Shown here piece by piece: positions 51,405 to 64,000 of a DNA stretch of 64,000 nt. The notes under the pieces were generated by a model. The model was not told where the DNA came from. It did not search any database and saw nothing but the letters and a program-made list of their open reading frames with translations. The translations under genes and the position numbers were made by a program. The DNA is taken from positions 14,570,001 through 14,634,000 of the forward strand of contig CP075495.1 in assembly GCA_021613535.1 (NCBI GenBank), given 5' to 3'. Origin of the DNA: Adineta vaga. Lineage: Eukaryota; Animalia; Rotifera. The stretch's first letter is position 1. Each line of letters opens with the position of its first letter.

Positions 51405-52788
51405 TTATAGGCTTAAAAAATCATAAGATGTATATGTTGATATTGACATTGGAATCATATCTGTTGTATTTGTACCAAAATTTGATAATGGTGTATCAAT
51501 ATAACCATTACCATCATAATGTTCTGTAAGATCCATTAGATGATTATCTGTTGAATCTTGTAATAATTCATATCCTAAAAATAAAAAATGACTTTTTCAA
51601 ATAAATTGATTCTTTAACAAACAAAATCTGCGTACCAGTTATATCATCTATGGTGGATGGAAATCCTTGTTGATTAAATATAGAACCAGTACTTGTTAAA
51701 TAATCAACTAATGTTGATGTTGTTTCATCGAGTGTAACTGAAGATGATGATAATGGCGAAGGTGTCATAGGTAATAATGTTGGTGGAGGTAGAGAAATAT
51801 CATCATGTTTATTAATAATTTGTATGCGTACAGCTCGACGTGATGCTATTGGAGATGTTTGTGTACGAGATGGAGGTGCAATAATAACAGATTGAGGTTG
51901 ACTAAGAAGTTTAAAAAACCATTCATTATTATTACTATTATCCGATGATTCTGTTGAAATCATTGCTTGACACATTGTTAAAACAGTTGGTTGAATTGAA
52001 TGAGGAGTAACATTAGACATTGGTGATGATGTTTGTTGTTGTTGATGATGGTGGTGGTGGTGAGGAAAAAATGGCGATAAAGATGAATTGTATGATGATG
52101 ATGATGAGTTCATAGTTGACAATTGTCGTTGAGCTGAATGCATGAAATAAAATGAAGAAATGCTAATCGTTATATATATGCTTATGTTCATAGAATGATC
52201 ATAATTGATGCATACCTGTAGGTGAATGATGCTTTCTTGCTATTGTTTTATTAGCGGTCGTCGAGCGTTGTTTAGATTTGAATCTATAGTCCGGATGATC
52301 ATTATGATATTGTCTTTTTAATGCTTCAGCCATGTCTAAAAACGGTTGCTTTTCATCCACAGACATATGTCTAAATTGAAATGCATGTTTTTCTTATTCA
52401 TTAATTTCTCTTGAAGAAGATTTTACGTACCGCCATGTTTCACCTAAAAATTTACTCAATGATGTTTGACTAACACCATAACCATCACTTGATACACGTT
52501 TTCTTTCACCACGAGCCCATAATAAAAAAGCATTCATCGGTCGTTTTATAGTCGAATTTCGCATCGTTTTTGTTCTAGTAGAATTCATATCATCAAAGGA
52601 TTCTTCGAAACGGTCTTCAGTTCTTTGTAGTGGTGAAAATGATTCATTTTTAAGTAAGAAATGATCTATTGTTACACACTAAAACAATTTCAATAGAGAA
52701 ACAAATGAAATCTTTGTTTGTTTGTTTGTTTTTTTCAAGAATCACTCACATCATGCAAAGATGAGGTCGGAGTTGATATCATCATCAT
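51405..52788 (-). CDS. Divergent Sox-type HMG-box transcription factor (closest by eye to SoxF)
   Basis: IKRPMNAFLLWARGERKR...LSKFLGETWR/HMSVDEKQPFLDMAEALKRQYHNDHPDYRF; multi-exon. Confidence 0.8.
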
Positions 52789-53320
52789 CGTCGCCGAAAT
52801 ATCTATCTTGTTTAAATTATAAACTAGTGACTGTTATATGTAGTCTAACTTCGATTTGTACATGAAAACGAGAGTGGAAAAGAAGAAAAAAGAATAGAAC
52901 ATGTGTTTCTGTACGTCCAGTAGAAATGAATCATATGCAAACAATATGTCGAAAAACACGAGAGAATATCTGTGTGATTACTATGGACGAAAGTTCTTTA
53001 AGCTATCTATCGAAGAAATTCTCAAGACATGCTCTACAACAAAACGTGTGTTTTTTGAATTCTATGTTTAACGAATTTCTTCATTTGAAAAAGAATTGTT
53101 TTTGATATTCTTCTAGTAATTAATTCAATGAATTTAAAATTTTTGCTTTAAATATTCGATAAATTATATATAAATATTAGGAGAAGTATTGTAATGTATG
53201 GATTTTTTTTTCTATTTAGATTTCAAAAGAAAAACAAACATAATGTTCAATACAAAATATAGAGAGAAAATAAGAGAGAACTGTAACAACAAGAAAACGT
53301 TCAATTGAGAAATTTAACGA

Positions 53321-54855
53321 TTATGTATTGGTGCCCCTGAAAGAAAAAGAAAGAAAGAAATCTATATGGAAAATGTACTGTTCATGAATTAAATACGAAC
53401 ATCCAGCACGACGTGGTGACATGTATACAAATGGTGATCGATCTGTAGTTGAAATAGATAACGATGGAATAGGAGATATAGATGATTGTGATGATGAATA
53501 TCTTCTTTCGAAAATACAATAGAAAATAATTAAAATAATAAAATATAATAAAGCATACTTTTGTTCGTATTTAATTTGAGTAAAACTATTGTTCATCTTA
53601 CTTTGTAACCATCGTTTAGCTTCTTGTTCAGTAACAATTATTTCCGGTGTATCATACTTTGGTTCATAATATGAAATATAATGCGGACGTTGTACAATAC
53701 GTAAAGGACGACTAAGTCGAAATGCTAAAAGATACTCCATTATCAAATGAGAACAGTAATTGAATAAGTTTACTTGTCATAAAAGAAGGTCGACGACGAA
53801 TATTTCCTACTGTTCGACCACCAATCCATCCAGGTGAAAGAGATATTGTCTACAATTTCAAATCAAATAATTCATTGATAAAATATTTATCTTATTACTT
53901 CATTAATCGATATAATCGATTGTTCATGAATAGGATTTAATGTTCGTTCAAGACAAGCTCGTGTTTGATCTAAATCCCAATTTCCATTGATAATATCAAG
54001 TAATACAACTCGATCATTTTGTCGTGTTAGTATTAATAATAAAGGATAACTATCAATATTAGTAAAATATGAAAAACATTCCAGAAAAATTTGTCGAACA
54101 CGTCCACTTCTTTCCAAAAGTCTACGAAAAGATAATCATTGTAGTTTTCAAATCAAATTTCTTAAATTACCGTTGTTTATTTAATGGATAGGTAATATCC
54201 CATGGCCAAAGAATACATTTATATTTGACAAAAACTTGTAAAATCGATGATGAACAAAGAATTTGACGAGAAAATGTTGAAGTAAAAGATGATTTATCAT
54301 GATTAAGAAAGATAGCAAATGCACTATGCTAAAGAAGACGAAGAGAATATAATATTCAACGAAGAAAAAATGAATTCATACGGATTGATGAATTGCATTT
54401 TCAAGTGATGATTTGAACCAGATTGGCCAACGAGAAAGATTTTCATGACGTTCTTGAAATATTCGTTCAAAATGTCGAATACTTTCCACTTCATTTAAGC
54501 ATTCATTTGGAACTTAAGAGTAACAATTATTACAGAATAAAACGAATAGAATTTTGATTTACTCAATGGTTGAAGAAAATTCGATGATTTATTTCTCGTC
54601 GAATCAACATTTTCTAATACATAACTAGTTGCTTCCTATGATAAATTGAAATGAAACTTAAAATAAAATTCAAGAGAAGAAGAAGATTTACTAAACAATT
54701 CCATCGAAATTGTTCCAAAATTTTAATACATTCATCAGTATTGAATATCGCTGTACGAGACTAAATGATTCATAGTGAAAAATTGATGATAATAACAGAA
54801 GAAATCTAAATACTTGAAATTGTACTAATGTTTTATGTCGTTGATTGTTTGTCAT
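53321..54855 (-). CDS. UAS (thioredoxin-like) domain protein, FAF1-like but with no recognisable UBX
   Basis: FQERH...PIWFKSSLENA, AIFLNHDKSSFTSTFSRQILC, ILWPWDITYPLNKQR, YPLLLIL; many short exons. Confidence 0.7.
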
Positions 54856-55392
54856 GACGATCGATAGAATCAAACACGCGATAATTCTGATATTCCCTTC
54901 TTTTTCCTCGTTCTTGTCTATTTAAATGTGTGCAATAGAGAATATGTTTTTCTTTCTCTCGTTCTATCCTCTTTCTATCGATATAAAGATTATCGATTAA
55001 ATTTTATCACTTCGAACATTTGATTATCGTATGAACAATCGTTTCAAATATTCGATCTATTCAAAGACCATTTGTCTCTCTGAGGAAATTATAGAATTCG
55101 TTTGAAAATACTAAGATATCACTTCGTATTATAATTTCAACTATTTCTCTTTGTTTGTTTCGTTCTTATACAACAAGAAATACAAACATGTTACGCACAA
55201 AAGTAAGCAAACAAAGAAAAAGAAAACAACGATAGTAGAAGAAGGAAAAGGAAAAAAAAGAAAACCGAAAACTAATCAAAGTTTTCAATTACACAAAAAA
55301 AACACATGCAGATATCTGAGAAGGAGTATAACAAAAACAAAATACATTAAACAGTTCTTCCTTGAATAATTTCCATTCGAATAGGAATAGAT

Positions 55393-58300
55393 TCATTCTG
55401 AATTCGATGTTGTGGCTTGTAAGGATACGACTGTTTGAGAAATAGAAGAATTTGGATGAGAGGTAGAAGCATCATGTCGTTGAAATACAGGACCCATTTT
55501 ATTCATGTATTTTTTGACATAAAGTTCAGTTTTTAATCTTACACGATCAGTTAATATCGTTGATAATGGAATTGCATCATTTTTGGCTTTTTCAATTTCT
55601 TTATCTAATACCGCTAAGGTAAATTTCTTCACTAAATATTTGATATCATCTGTTGAAACAATACGTCCTTGTTTACATGTTCGTTTTGTATATGGTTTTA
55701 ATGTTGCATGAACATGTTGAGAAATATTCTTACGTAGATGATCACGATTTTGTTTTATTGATGATAATATATTAGCATTCGAAGTAATTGATTCTTCATT
55801 ATGATCATTTATTTCTGATGAAGATTGTTTGATTTCATTGTTTTCTTCAGAGACTATTTTCGGAACGGTAGAAGACATTTGTTCTGCATCATCTTCTTCG
55901 TCATCGTCTTCTTCTTGTTCTAAAGGTTTAGTTTCATTTGGAGTCATTTTTGATGTATCATCAATCTCTTCTTTAATAGCTGTTGTTGAATCAACTGTTG
56001 GAGGCCGCTTTCGTTTATTACTATTGCTAATATGATGATGTCGATGATTACGACTGTGACGATGAAGATGTTTTGATAATTTCATATTTGCATGTAACAA
56101 TGAATGATGATGATGATGATGGTGAGGACGACGTTGTTCAGAGATAATATGTGCAGATGAAAGTGGACTTAGATCAATAGGTGGAGCAGAAGTATCTGTT
56201 GTAGTTTCTGTTGATGGTAGTGTCCAACTAGTAGTCATCGTTTCTCGATTATAGAAATAAACAGATGAATCTGTTGGACATGTGGCAACTGACCAGCCAG
56301 ATGGTAATCGAATAATACGTGATAGTTCTACTTCGTTTTCAGGTCGTGCTGGTGGAGGAAGTGGTAGTTCATCTTTATCGATCTAAAACAAAAAGAAGAA
56401 AACATATGATTAATCAAATATTAAAAATTTCGTTCAATTTACCGAAGTAGTTGATTGTGAATTATCTTTTATACCAGCTGAAGTCATATATGAACGAATG
56501 TATTCAATAGGAATTTGTGATAAATGTTGATAAATCCAATATGTTTGATCCGTTTGATCTGGATGCGCCTAAATAAAACAAAATCAAATAATAAATAATC
56601 AAGACAAAATCCTATTTCAATTCGATTGTATTTACCGTCGATGATGATGATTCTGGCTGAGGTGGTGTATGTGGAATCATTGATTCATCATTATCTGATG
56701 TACGTTGTTTTTTATGTGGTGGTTCATTTTGTGATCCTAAATAATGCATTTAATTAACAATTTCAAGGCTAAATAGAAACAATATCCTTACCTGGACTTT
56801 CACCATTTGTAGTAGCTGCTGCTGCCGCCGCTGCTCTAGCCTAAACAGAATTCAAGTAATTTCATAGAACAAGAAAACAAGAATGAATTTTACTTTTTCT
56901 TCATCTTCATATTGTTGTTCGAATAATTTTCTTCGTTCATCTTTTGATAATAATTGTTCTTGTGTACGTGGAGTTTCACGTAGTACATATGAACGTCGAC
57001 TGAACGATCGATCGAAAGGTTTTTGTTGACTATACGATGAACGTGTTGGAAAACTTAATCGTGAAGAATTTTCTTCTTCATAACGATGTTTTGAACTATG
57101 ATGATGATGATGATGATGACGATGATAAGAACTTGATTCTGGTTCTTTTCGTTTCGGAATAATAAAACGTTCTTTTAATGATGACCATGTCGAATAAATA
57201 TGAAAAAGTTTTGTTATTATTGGATTTTCAAGATGATCAAGCATTGTATTCATTAACGAATGAATTTGTTCTTGATCTGTCATTTCTATTTGATCATTTA
57301 TTTTCGAAGGTAATCTTAATTGTTTAAAAACTAAATCAAATAAACCATTTTTAATCACAATCGTTCGATCTTTGATTGGTAAAACTGTATGAATAAAATC
57401 TAATAGTTGATATTTGAATTCATCCGAATATTGTTGTTGATCATGTTCATCATCATTAATTAGAATATCTTTCATCCATGAACATAAAACATGTAAACCA
57501 TTACATTCTAAGAATAAACGTGGTAATACGACATGTTTTTGTGAACTTGTTTTAATAAGATCTAATTCAATTGTTCGAACATTTTCACTATCTGTTCGTG
57601 ACATAATTTGAATTAGTTGACGAATTTCATCAATCGTTTTTGGTATTAAATATTCATTTGTATCTTCATCACGTAAATAATCAAGTAATTCATCATCATC
57701 TAATGTTGCACGACGATTTTGTCGTTTAAGTGAATTATTATTATTTTGATTTGATTTAATACTTATCGTTCCACGACATGTCGGTGCACCACAATAACAT
57801 TTTTCATTTGCTAAATCAGCTGAATTTGATGATTCAAAACGATAATCAATGGTTAATTCTTCATTGATATCTAAATCACGTTTAGCAAAGATTCCCATTC
57901 GATATTCACCATTAACAAGCCATTTTTCAGCGACACAATTTGGTTCACAAGAATGATTGATAAATCTTGCCCAATTGCCTTTCATTGTCGAATCAATTAC
58001 TGTTCCATGAATTAATGACATGACATATTGATGAATATTTCCATCGCGTTTGTATTTCTTATTTCGTTTTCCTAATTCATCCATGTCAATAACTTCACCA
58101 ATATATTCAACAAGAAAGCGACCTTTACGTATTTTTGAAGTTGCTTGTAAACCATAACCTTTCATTTCAGTTTTAAATAGACCTATTTTATGTGAAGCAT
58201 AGGAACGTCGTTGAAAACGACGATTGGAACACCATTGTCCACATGGACACATTGGACCACATTCAATCAATAACATGCGATTGAGACAATCAGAACCACA

Positions 58301-61112
58301 AGCCTTTATACCATGAGAACGATCGCATTCACTAGTAGTACATTCACATTCCATGACTTCACGATTATGACGTTTTTGTTGACGACGAGATGATGGTAAA
58401 CAATTGATATTTTCATTGATTTGAGTATAATTTAGTAGAGTATCAACAGGTATATTCGTATTCAAAACTGCTTCCGATGGTGTTGTTGATGTGATATCAG
58501 AAAATCGAGATACTCGTGGTGGTTTACTTGATGGTGGACGAACTAAAAGTTTTGAATAGAGAAAATTTCTATTCAAATCAAAACTATTACCATTACTTGA
58601 AGAATCATTTGGTTGAAGATTCTTGTCAGATGAAATTTCGTCATATATTGACGATGGAACTGTTGGAATTTCATTGAATACTGTCCGACGTGTTGTTAAT
58701 GTATCTGTAGTGATTTCTTTCAGACAACGTTGTTGTGGCGGTAAATTGAATGGTGGTGGTGGAGCAGAAAATCCTGCAAATGTTTCTGGATAAAATGCAT
58801 TTGGTTCTGAAAGTGAAGTCATTGGCATATCAGAAGTAGTATTCGTTGGTGGTATAGATAAAAAATGTTTTGTTGTTGATAATGATGATGATGGCAAATT
58901 GGGATTCTTTTGTGTAGAAACTGCTTCAATAGATTCAGATGCTTTGAGGAATAGTTTTTCCAATGTTGGTGAACGACGAAATTTCTTTTCATGGTGATGA
59001 TGATGATAATAATGGTTGTTTCTTGATGATGAACGTGATGTTGATGATGATGTTCGAGAAATCGATGAATACGAGGATGAACTACGAGTTGAAGAATATG
59101 ATGTTCGACTTCGACTACGACGACGAGGAGAAAATGATAGAGATGATGATGATGTTGAAGAAGAATATCGTGAACGATGTTGATGAGAACGAGGTGAACT
59201 AGATCGACGACGATGATGACGATATCTGGAAGATGTTGATCGATAATGATGATGGTGATGATGATGAACATAATGTGTATTGGAATAATGTGGACTTCGA
59301 TGACGCCGATAATGGTCGCTTCGTCGATCATGTCGAAGTGGAGAATCATGTCGATGATAATCGGAAGATCGTCGTCGCCGTCGTCGTCCGTGATGATCAT
59401 CATGTGTGGATGGAATAGACGATCCACGACTTGATTTTTTATCATGATTGTTTGTTTCATGATTTGTTTTTGTTTTATTGAGAGAACTATCATTTGAACT
59501 AGATGGTTCAATTATTTTTCGATCTGATTTTGTTTCATGTGATTTCGAACAATGTCGATCAGGTCGTGCTGATGAGGATGATTTTCGTCGCTGAGAATCA
59601 TGTTCATTAGTTGATTTTGATTTTTCTTGTTTGTTCGATGATTGAGGCTTAGGTGAATTTTCTTCAGGTTTGGAAGACTTTGTTATGTTCGTATCATTTG
59701 TCTAAAGAAGAATTTGAAGAAATTTTCTCTATAAGAAAAATTTTCATACGCGTGTTTTGTCATTATTTGTCTCTGAACTAGCTGGTTGATGATTTTTGTT
59801 GTTTTGAGAATCCGAAGATGAAATGGAGTTTGTTGATTTACTATTGGTAATTGATTCAGTTGTTTGTCGACTTGATTTTGAAGTTCGATCATCTTTCTAA
59901 ATGGAAAAAAGAACGTCAGTCAAAACAACTCAACGATTTTGAATATTAACCTTGGGTGATAAAGTATTTTTCGTTGTTAATCGATCAGTGGTGGTGACAG
60001 TAGCTGAATGACGCGAACGTGATGGTGATGGAGAAAGTATAATGGATAAACCACGACGATGAGAAGAATTGTGATTAGATTTGGAATGACGATCATGTGG
60101 AGATGAATTTGATTTCTTTGATAATGATTCTTCTTTCTGAAAGAAGAAAATTAGATTAAAAATCGAAATTTTATCGATTAAATATGATATACTCGTGATG
60201 TAACGGATCGACTTGATTTTCGATCTTTAGAATTAGTATCTTGAGAAGGTGATCGTCGTCGATTATTGGATGTTGCAGACGAATGATGACGAGAAGATTT
60301 ATGATGATGATTATTATTTATTTCATCTTTTTGTTCTCGTCGATGATCCTTTGTGGATGAACTGTTTTTTTTACTTGTGCTATCATCCGTCTAAGAAGAA
60401 AAAGATATTCTTTATAATTTTGAAAATTATATCAAATTACTTGATGTCGATGTGATCGATCTCGTTCTGATGATTTATCTCTCGTTGATTTTTTCTTTTT
60501 GGAATCATCATTTTTATGATGTTTTTTCTTTTTATTCGAAGTTTCTTTAGTTGTAGTTGTCGATTGTCGTTCACTCACTGTTGATGTTGTTGCTGTCTCA
60601 TCGATTTGATTCGAATTTGGTGATGGTGCTTCACTGTTAACATATGTTCGATCAACAGCATGAGATACAATAAGACCTGATTTAACAACAACAATCGGCT
60701 TAACAACAGCCAATGGTTTACTACTATTAATACTGTTCGAATTATCTTCTGTTGACGATTTTGAATCATTAGTTGTAGGATATGATGAGAGATTATTCGA
60801 ATTGTCTGTCACTTGTTGATCATTATCATGATGAGTTAATGAATCCGAAGAATTATTCGTCGTCGTTTTTTCCAATTCACGAACTTTATGTGATGATTTG
60901 TTACCTTTGCCCCATAATTTACTAAGAATTCGACGTCGTTTTGCTTCTTCATCAACAGGATTTGTAGGTGAAGAAGAAGAAAGTGCGGATGTAGACGACA
61001 AGTCAGGTAAAAGTACAGTTGATTCGACTTCTAAAATAGATAAATATTGCATAAAAAGATTACAAATGTTGTACGTACCAATTATAGATGATTCCGAGCT
61101 GGTCTCGGTCAT
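55393..61112 (-). CDS. SETD2: Histone H3K36 methyltransferase Set2/SETD2
   Basis: AWS (CGSDCLNR), SET (ARFINHSCEPNC, EELTIDY), post-SET (CYCGAPTCRG), WW (LPSGW...YFYN...SWTLP) and C-terminal SRI. Confidence 0.95.
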
Positions 61113-62238
61113 TGTTATTTTCGTACCTAATTTAAAAATCTTTATGTGATCAAATTATAAATAAGAAATGCTGTTATATCAGCGTATGAAAAGTAATGAA
61201 GGTAATCTTACGGTTATTATTACGTATTGTTCGTTGTCTCTTTTTTAAACATAGTCTGACCCCAATACAGCGTGAAATTTAAGTCAAACGAAACGGTTGA
61301 AAAGACAGAAAAGAAGAAGAAAAAGAAAAAGACGTCGACATCAAAGAATTTTAAACATACAAAACAACAACCACAGCGAATTTTTTTCTCTATTCATATA
61401 TGTCACTACTATCGTTTTTAGAACCATATATCATGTGGCGCTATCGTTATAAACGATAACAGATGTAACCAATAAAAACAGATTTGAAAATCGTCATAAA
61501 TCAAGTGGTTAAATTCGAACAAATCTATCAATCTTACTATAAATCATCTTGAATTAATAAAAAATATATAATTTAGCCCTCATTTCAACGATAATAATGT
61601 CATTTTATAATGACTTGACTGATATTCGAATAGTACAATGCGCAAAAAGGAGTGATCCATATCCATTAGAGATTACAGTTTCGTCTATATGGAACGTTAT
61701 TGTTAGATGTTTGTGAAGAAAAACTAAAGAAATCATAGCAGATTCATATAATCAATACTATATACTCGTCTAATGGTTTGAATAGAAGCTCAACAGCATT
61801 GACATTGCTATGAGACAATAGGTTCTTTTCGTGATTTTCATCAATATACTTTGCAATACTAAATCGAAAAGTGAATAAATCCATTCAAATATCTTTGAAA
61901 ATCTTCATTATTCGAAATTTCCATTGGACTTAAACCATCAAGAATGTCGTTTAGTTTATCAATATGATGACAAACGTAGATATACATTTATCAAGTACGA
62001 TAGGATGACGACAAAAGAACAGATAATTATCATCTGATTTCCTTATCAATAAAGAGAAAAAAATGTAGTATAAACCAGGTGTACGTATAACACAAATGAT
62101 TAATAAATTATTTTATGCAATAAAAATTCAATGATTCCGAACTAATGTTCTCTTTCATCGATATATTCAAGCATTTTCTGATTTTCTTTTCTTTTGACAT
62201 GTTTCTATGGAAACATATCAATAGAATGAGCTCAAGTT

Positions 62239-62301
62239 TGAGGTAGTAGGTTTGTTAGTTTGATCTATATTGAAATTAACTAATCAACCTCTATTACTTC
62301 A
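62239..62301 (+). ncRNA. let-7: let-7 family microRNA precursor
   Basis: TGAGGTAGTAGGTTTGTTAGTT at 62239-62260 pairs with AACTAATCAACCTCTATTACTTCA at 62278-62301. Confidence 0.9.
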
Positions 62302-62607
62302 TACAATGACTTTGATATATGAGAGAATCTCTGATACGAATTTGTACAGTAAGTAATAAAATCCGATCTATTTAACAAATAGTTTCTACCATTAATCGTT
62401 GAAATATGATGATTAAAATTTCTTTATTAATTCCTGGTTTGTTCTTTTTTATGTATTTATTTTCAATTAGCAAGCAATTCAACATTTGTTTGTTAATGAT
62501 TTCTTGACTTTCTCTACGACAACAATAACAATGTGAATAAATACTGAGAAGAAACTCAAAATAACACAGTTCATTTATTATTTTCTGCATATTCAATACT
62601 CTACATT

Positions 62608-62907
62608 ATGGATTCATCGAATGATACAGGGCTACCATTAAAGATCTTTAGTATTATATCTTTATCATTAGGTTTCTGTTGTCTATTACTTTGCTGTGCT
62701 GGATATATAGTAGCCAAGAAAAAATATAAACAACAACATCAAATTCATCTTTCTAATCATCATCATCATCATCTTTCTCCAGCACAGGTCCCCATTTTTT
62801 CAATCGATATGGCAAATACACCAACATCCAATACTGATCATTGTTTCGATACACCTCCACCACCCTATGAACTCAAAGAAGAATCATTATCAAGTAAAGT
62901 CTTTTGA
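62608..62907 (+). CDS. Small single-pass membrane protein with Cys cluster and PPPPY motif
   Basis: TM IFSIISLSLGFCCLLLCCAGYIVA, KKK stop-transfer, TPPPPYE; WBP1/VOPP1-like architecture. Confidence 0.65.
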   Translation: MDSSNDTGLPLKIFSIISLSLGFCCLLLCCAGYIVAKKKYKQQHQIHLSNHHHHHLSPAQVPIFSIDMANTPTSNTDHCFDTPPPPYELKEESLSSKVF

Positions 62908-63434
62908 AATTTTCACTTCGAAAGCTAAATCTCAGATTCCTTTGTTTATACTAGTTCCACAACATGAATCAATTGTTCAGCTATCTCCTACTGAACAAAT
63001 CCCATGACGACCTACATAAACTCTTCAATTATTATAATCCTCTAATTTTTATTTTTGTTTTTGAAATAAGCAATGATTAATGAATAAATAGTGAATCAGC
63101 TATAATCGCTCTGACAAAGCAACAAGAGTCATACAGAAGAAAGATACAGAGAGAACCTGCTCTCAGAAAAAGAAAAACAACATACCAAAAAAAAAGCTAA
63201 CACAAAACAATAATCAAGGTCGCTGTACAGCATATTCAAATCATGGAGCAAAACACAAGAAAAAAACAAATCAACTTATCATTCAAAGAAAAAAACACAA
63301 AGCAACAAAAAGCAAAGCAAAGCAAAAAGTTTACATACAACATTGATTCAGAAGTGTGAAAATAGAGAAAAAAATGAAAACAAACAAACAAACAAGCTTT
63401 GACTATTTCTAAATACTTTTAATTATATCTGACT

Positions 63435-64000
63435 TTAGGAAATTGACCGACCACAATGAGGACATTGCTTACAGCAGTTCTTACCATTACTTTGAATAAA
63501 AAAAAAAGAAAAATTAGTTCAAGAAAACAAAGAATATTTCTTACCTGATTGATTCACTTGTTGTCGATCGCCAATGATTATTTTTTGTATTTTCATTATC
63601 ATTTGACCGTTCAATACGTGGTGGTGGAAGTAACGGTGGAAAAAGCATAGATAATGGACTAGATGATAGAGGTGGAGAAGCATTGACCCATCCATTGGAT
63701 TGTGGTTCAGGAGATAAACGCCATGTATTTGATGATGAAGGTGGTGTCAATGGCATCCACAATGGTGCATCGGGTGATAGAGATGATGAAGTTGCTGATA
63801 TAGGCATTGGACGATTGGTTGAAAGAGCTAAAGGAAATAATTGACTAGATCGGAGAGAGTTCATTTGCAACTAAATAGTTTACATCGAAAAGCTGTCCGA
63901 GCTGGTGTTTGTGGTGGTGTTGTAGTTGTTGAAATCGATGATGTTGGATGATTCTTGGCGACGGCCAAAGAGACCTTTGTGTTTTGTCAAATATAAACGA
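63435..64000 (-). CDS. 3' end of an unidentified Ser/Pro-rich protein ending in CKQCPHCGRSIS
   Basis: Exons about 63890-64000, 63545-63871 and 63435-63489; runs off the window. Confidence 0.6.

Noticed and set aside
51787-55427. let-7 seed matches in the Sox and SETD2 coding regions
   Set aside because: Single 7-mers within CDS, compatible with chance
58819-59511. Overlapping alternative-frame and antisense ORFs inside SETD2
   Set aside because: By-products of Ser/Arg/His low-complexity codons
62328-62348. TCTCTGATACGAATTTGTACA as miR-125
   Set aside because: Seed mismatches and no convincing hairpin
1-64000. CRISPR arrays, rRNA, tRNA, prokaryotic operons or contamination
   Set aside because: None seen; foreign-looking genes carry spliceosomal introns or sit among metazoan genes with the same base composition

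Overview
AT-rich, gene-dense eukaryotic DNA with mostly 45-65 bp GT-AG introns. Gene content and style point to a bdelloid rotifer (inference). Recognisable conserved genes: DNAJC28, EMRE/SMDT1, ARL6IP1, SoxE, a divergent second Sox gene, SETD2, a two-RRM hnRNP-like protein, a FAF1-type UAS-domain protein and a let-7 hairpin. Non-metazoan-looking genes (HGT candidates): LURP-one, LRAT/NlpC-P60, DUF3990-like ART fold, HHE hemerythrin, aldo-keto reductase, and a tandem KNPDxSGSGYLTIP pair. The window is shaped by local duplication and decay: five intact plus two relic LITAF genes, a three-copy orphan gene, two AKR pseudogenes sharing one deletion, a chimeric DNAJC28 pseudogene, a repeated cassette carrying a coiled-coil tail-anchored ORF, and a complete hAT-type MITE with an 8-bp TSD. 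Best leads: a PPxY membrane-adaptor (LITAF/tetraspan) cluster, operon-like gene spacing with acceptors just after upstream stop codons, a hidden Ski/Dac-like domain, an eh1+CtBP adaptor with no DNA-binding domain, and the repeated orphan cassette. All gene models were spliced by eye and no database searches were run.
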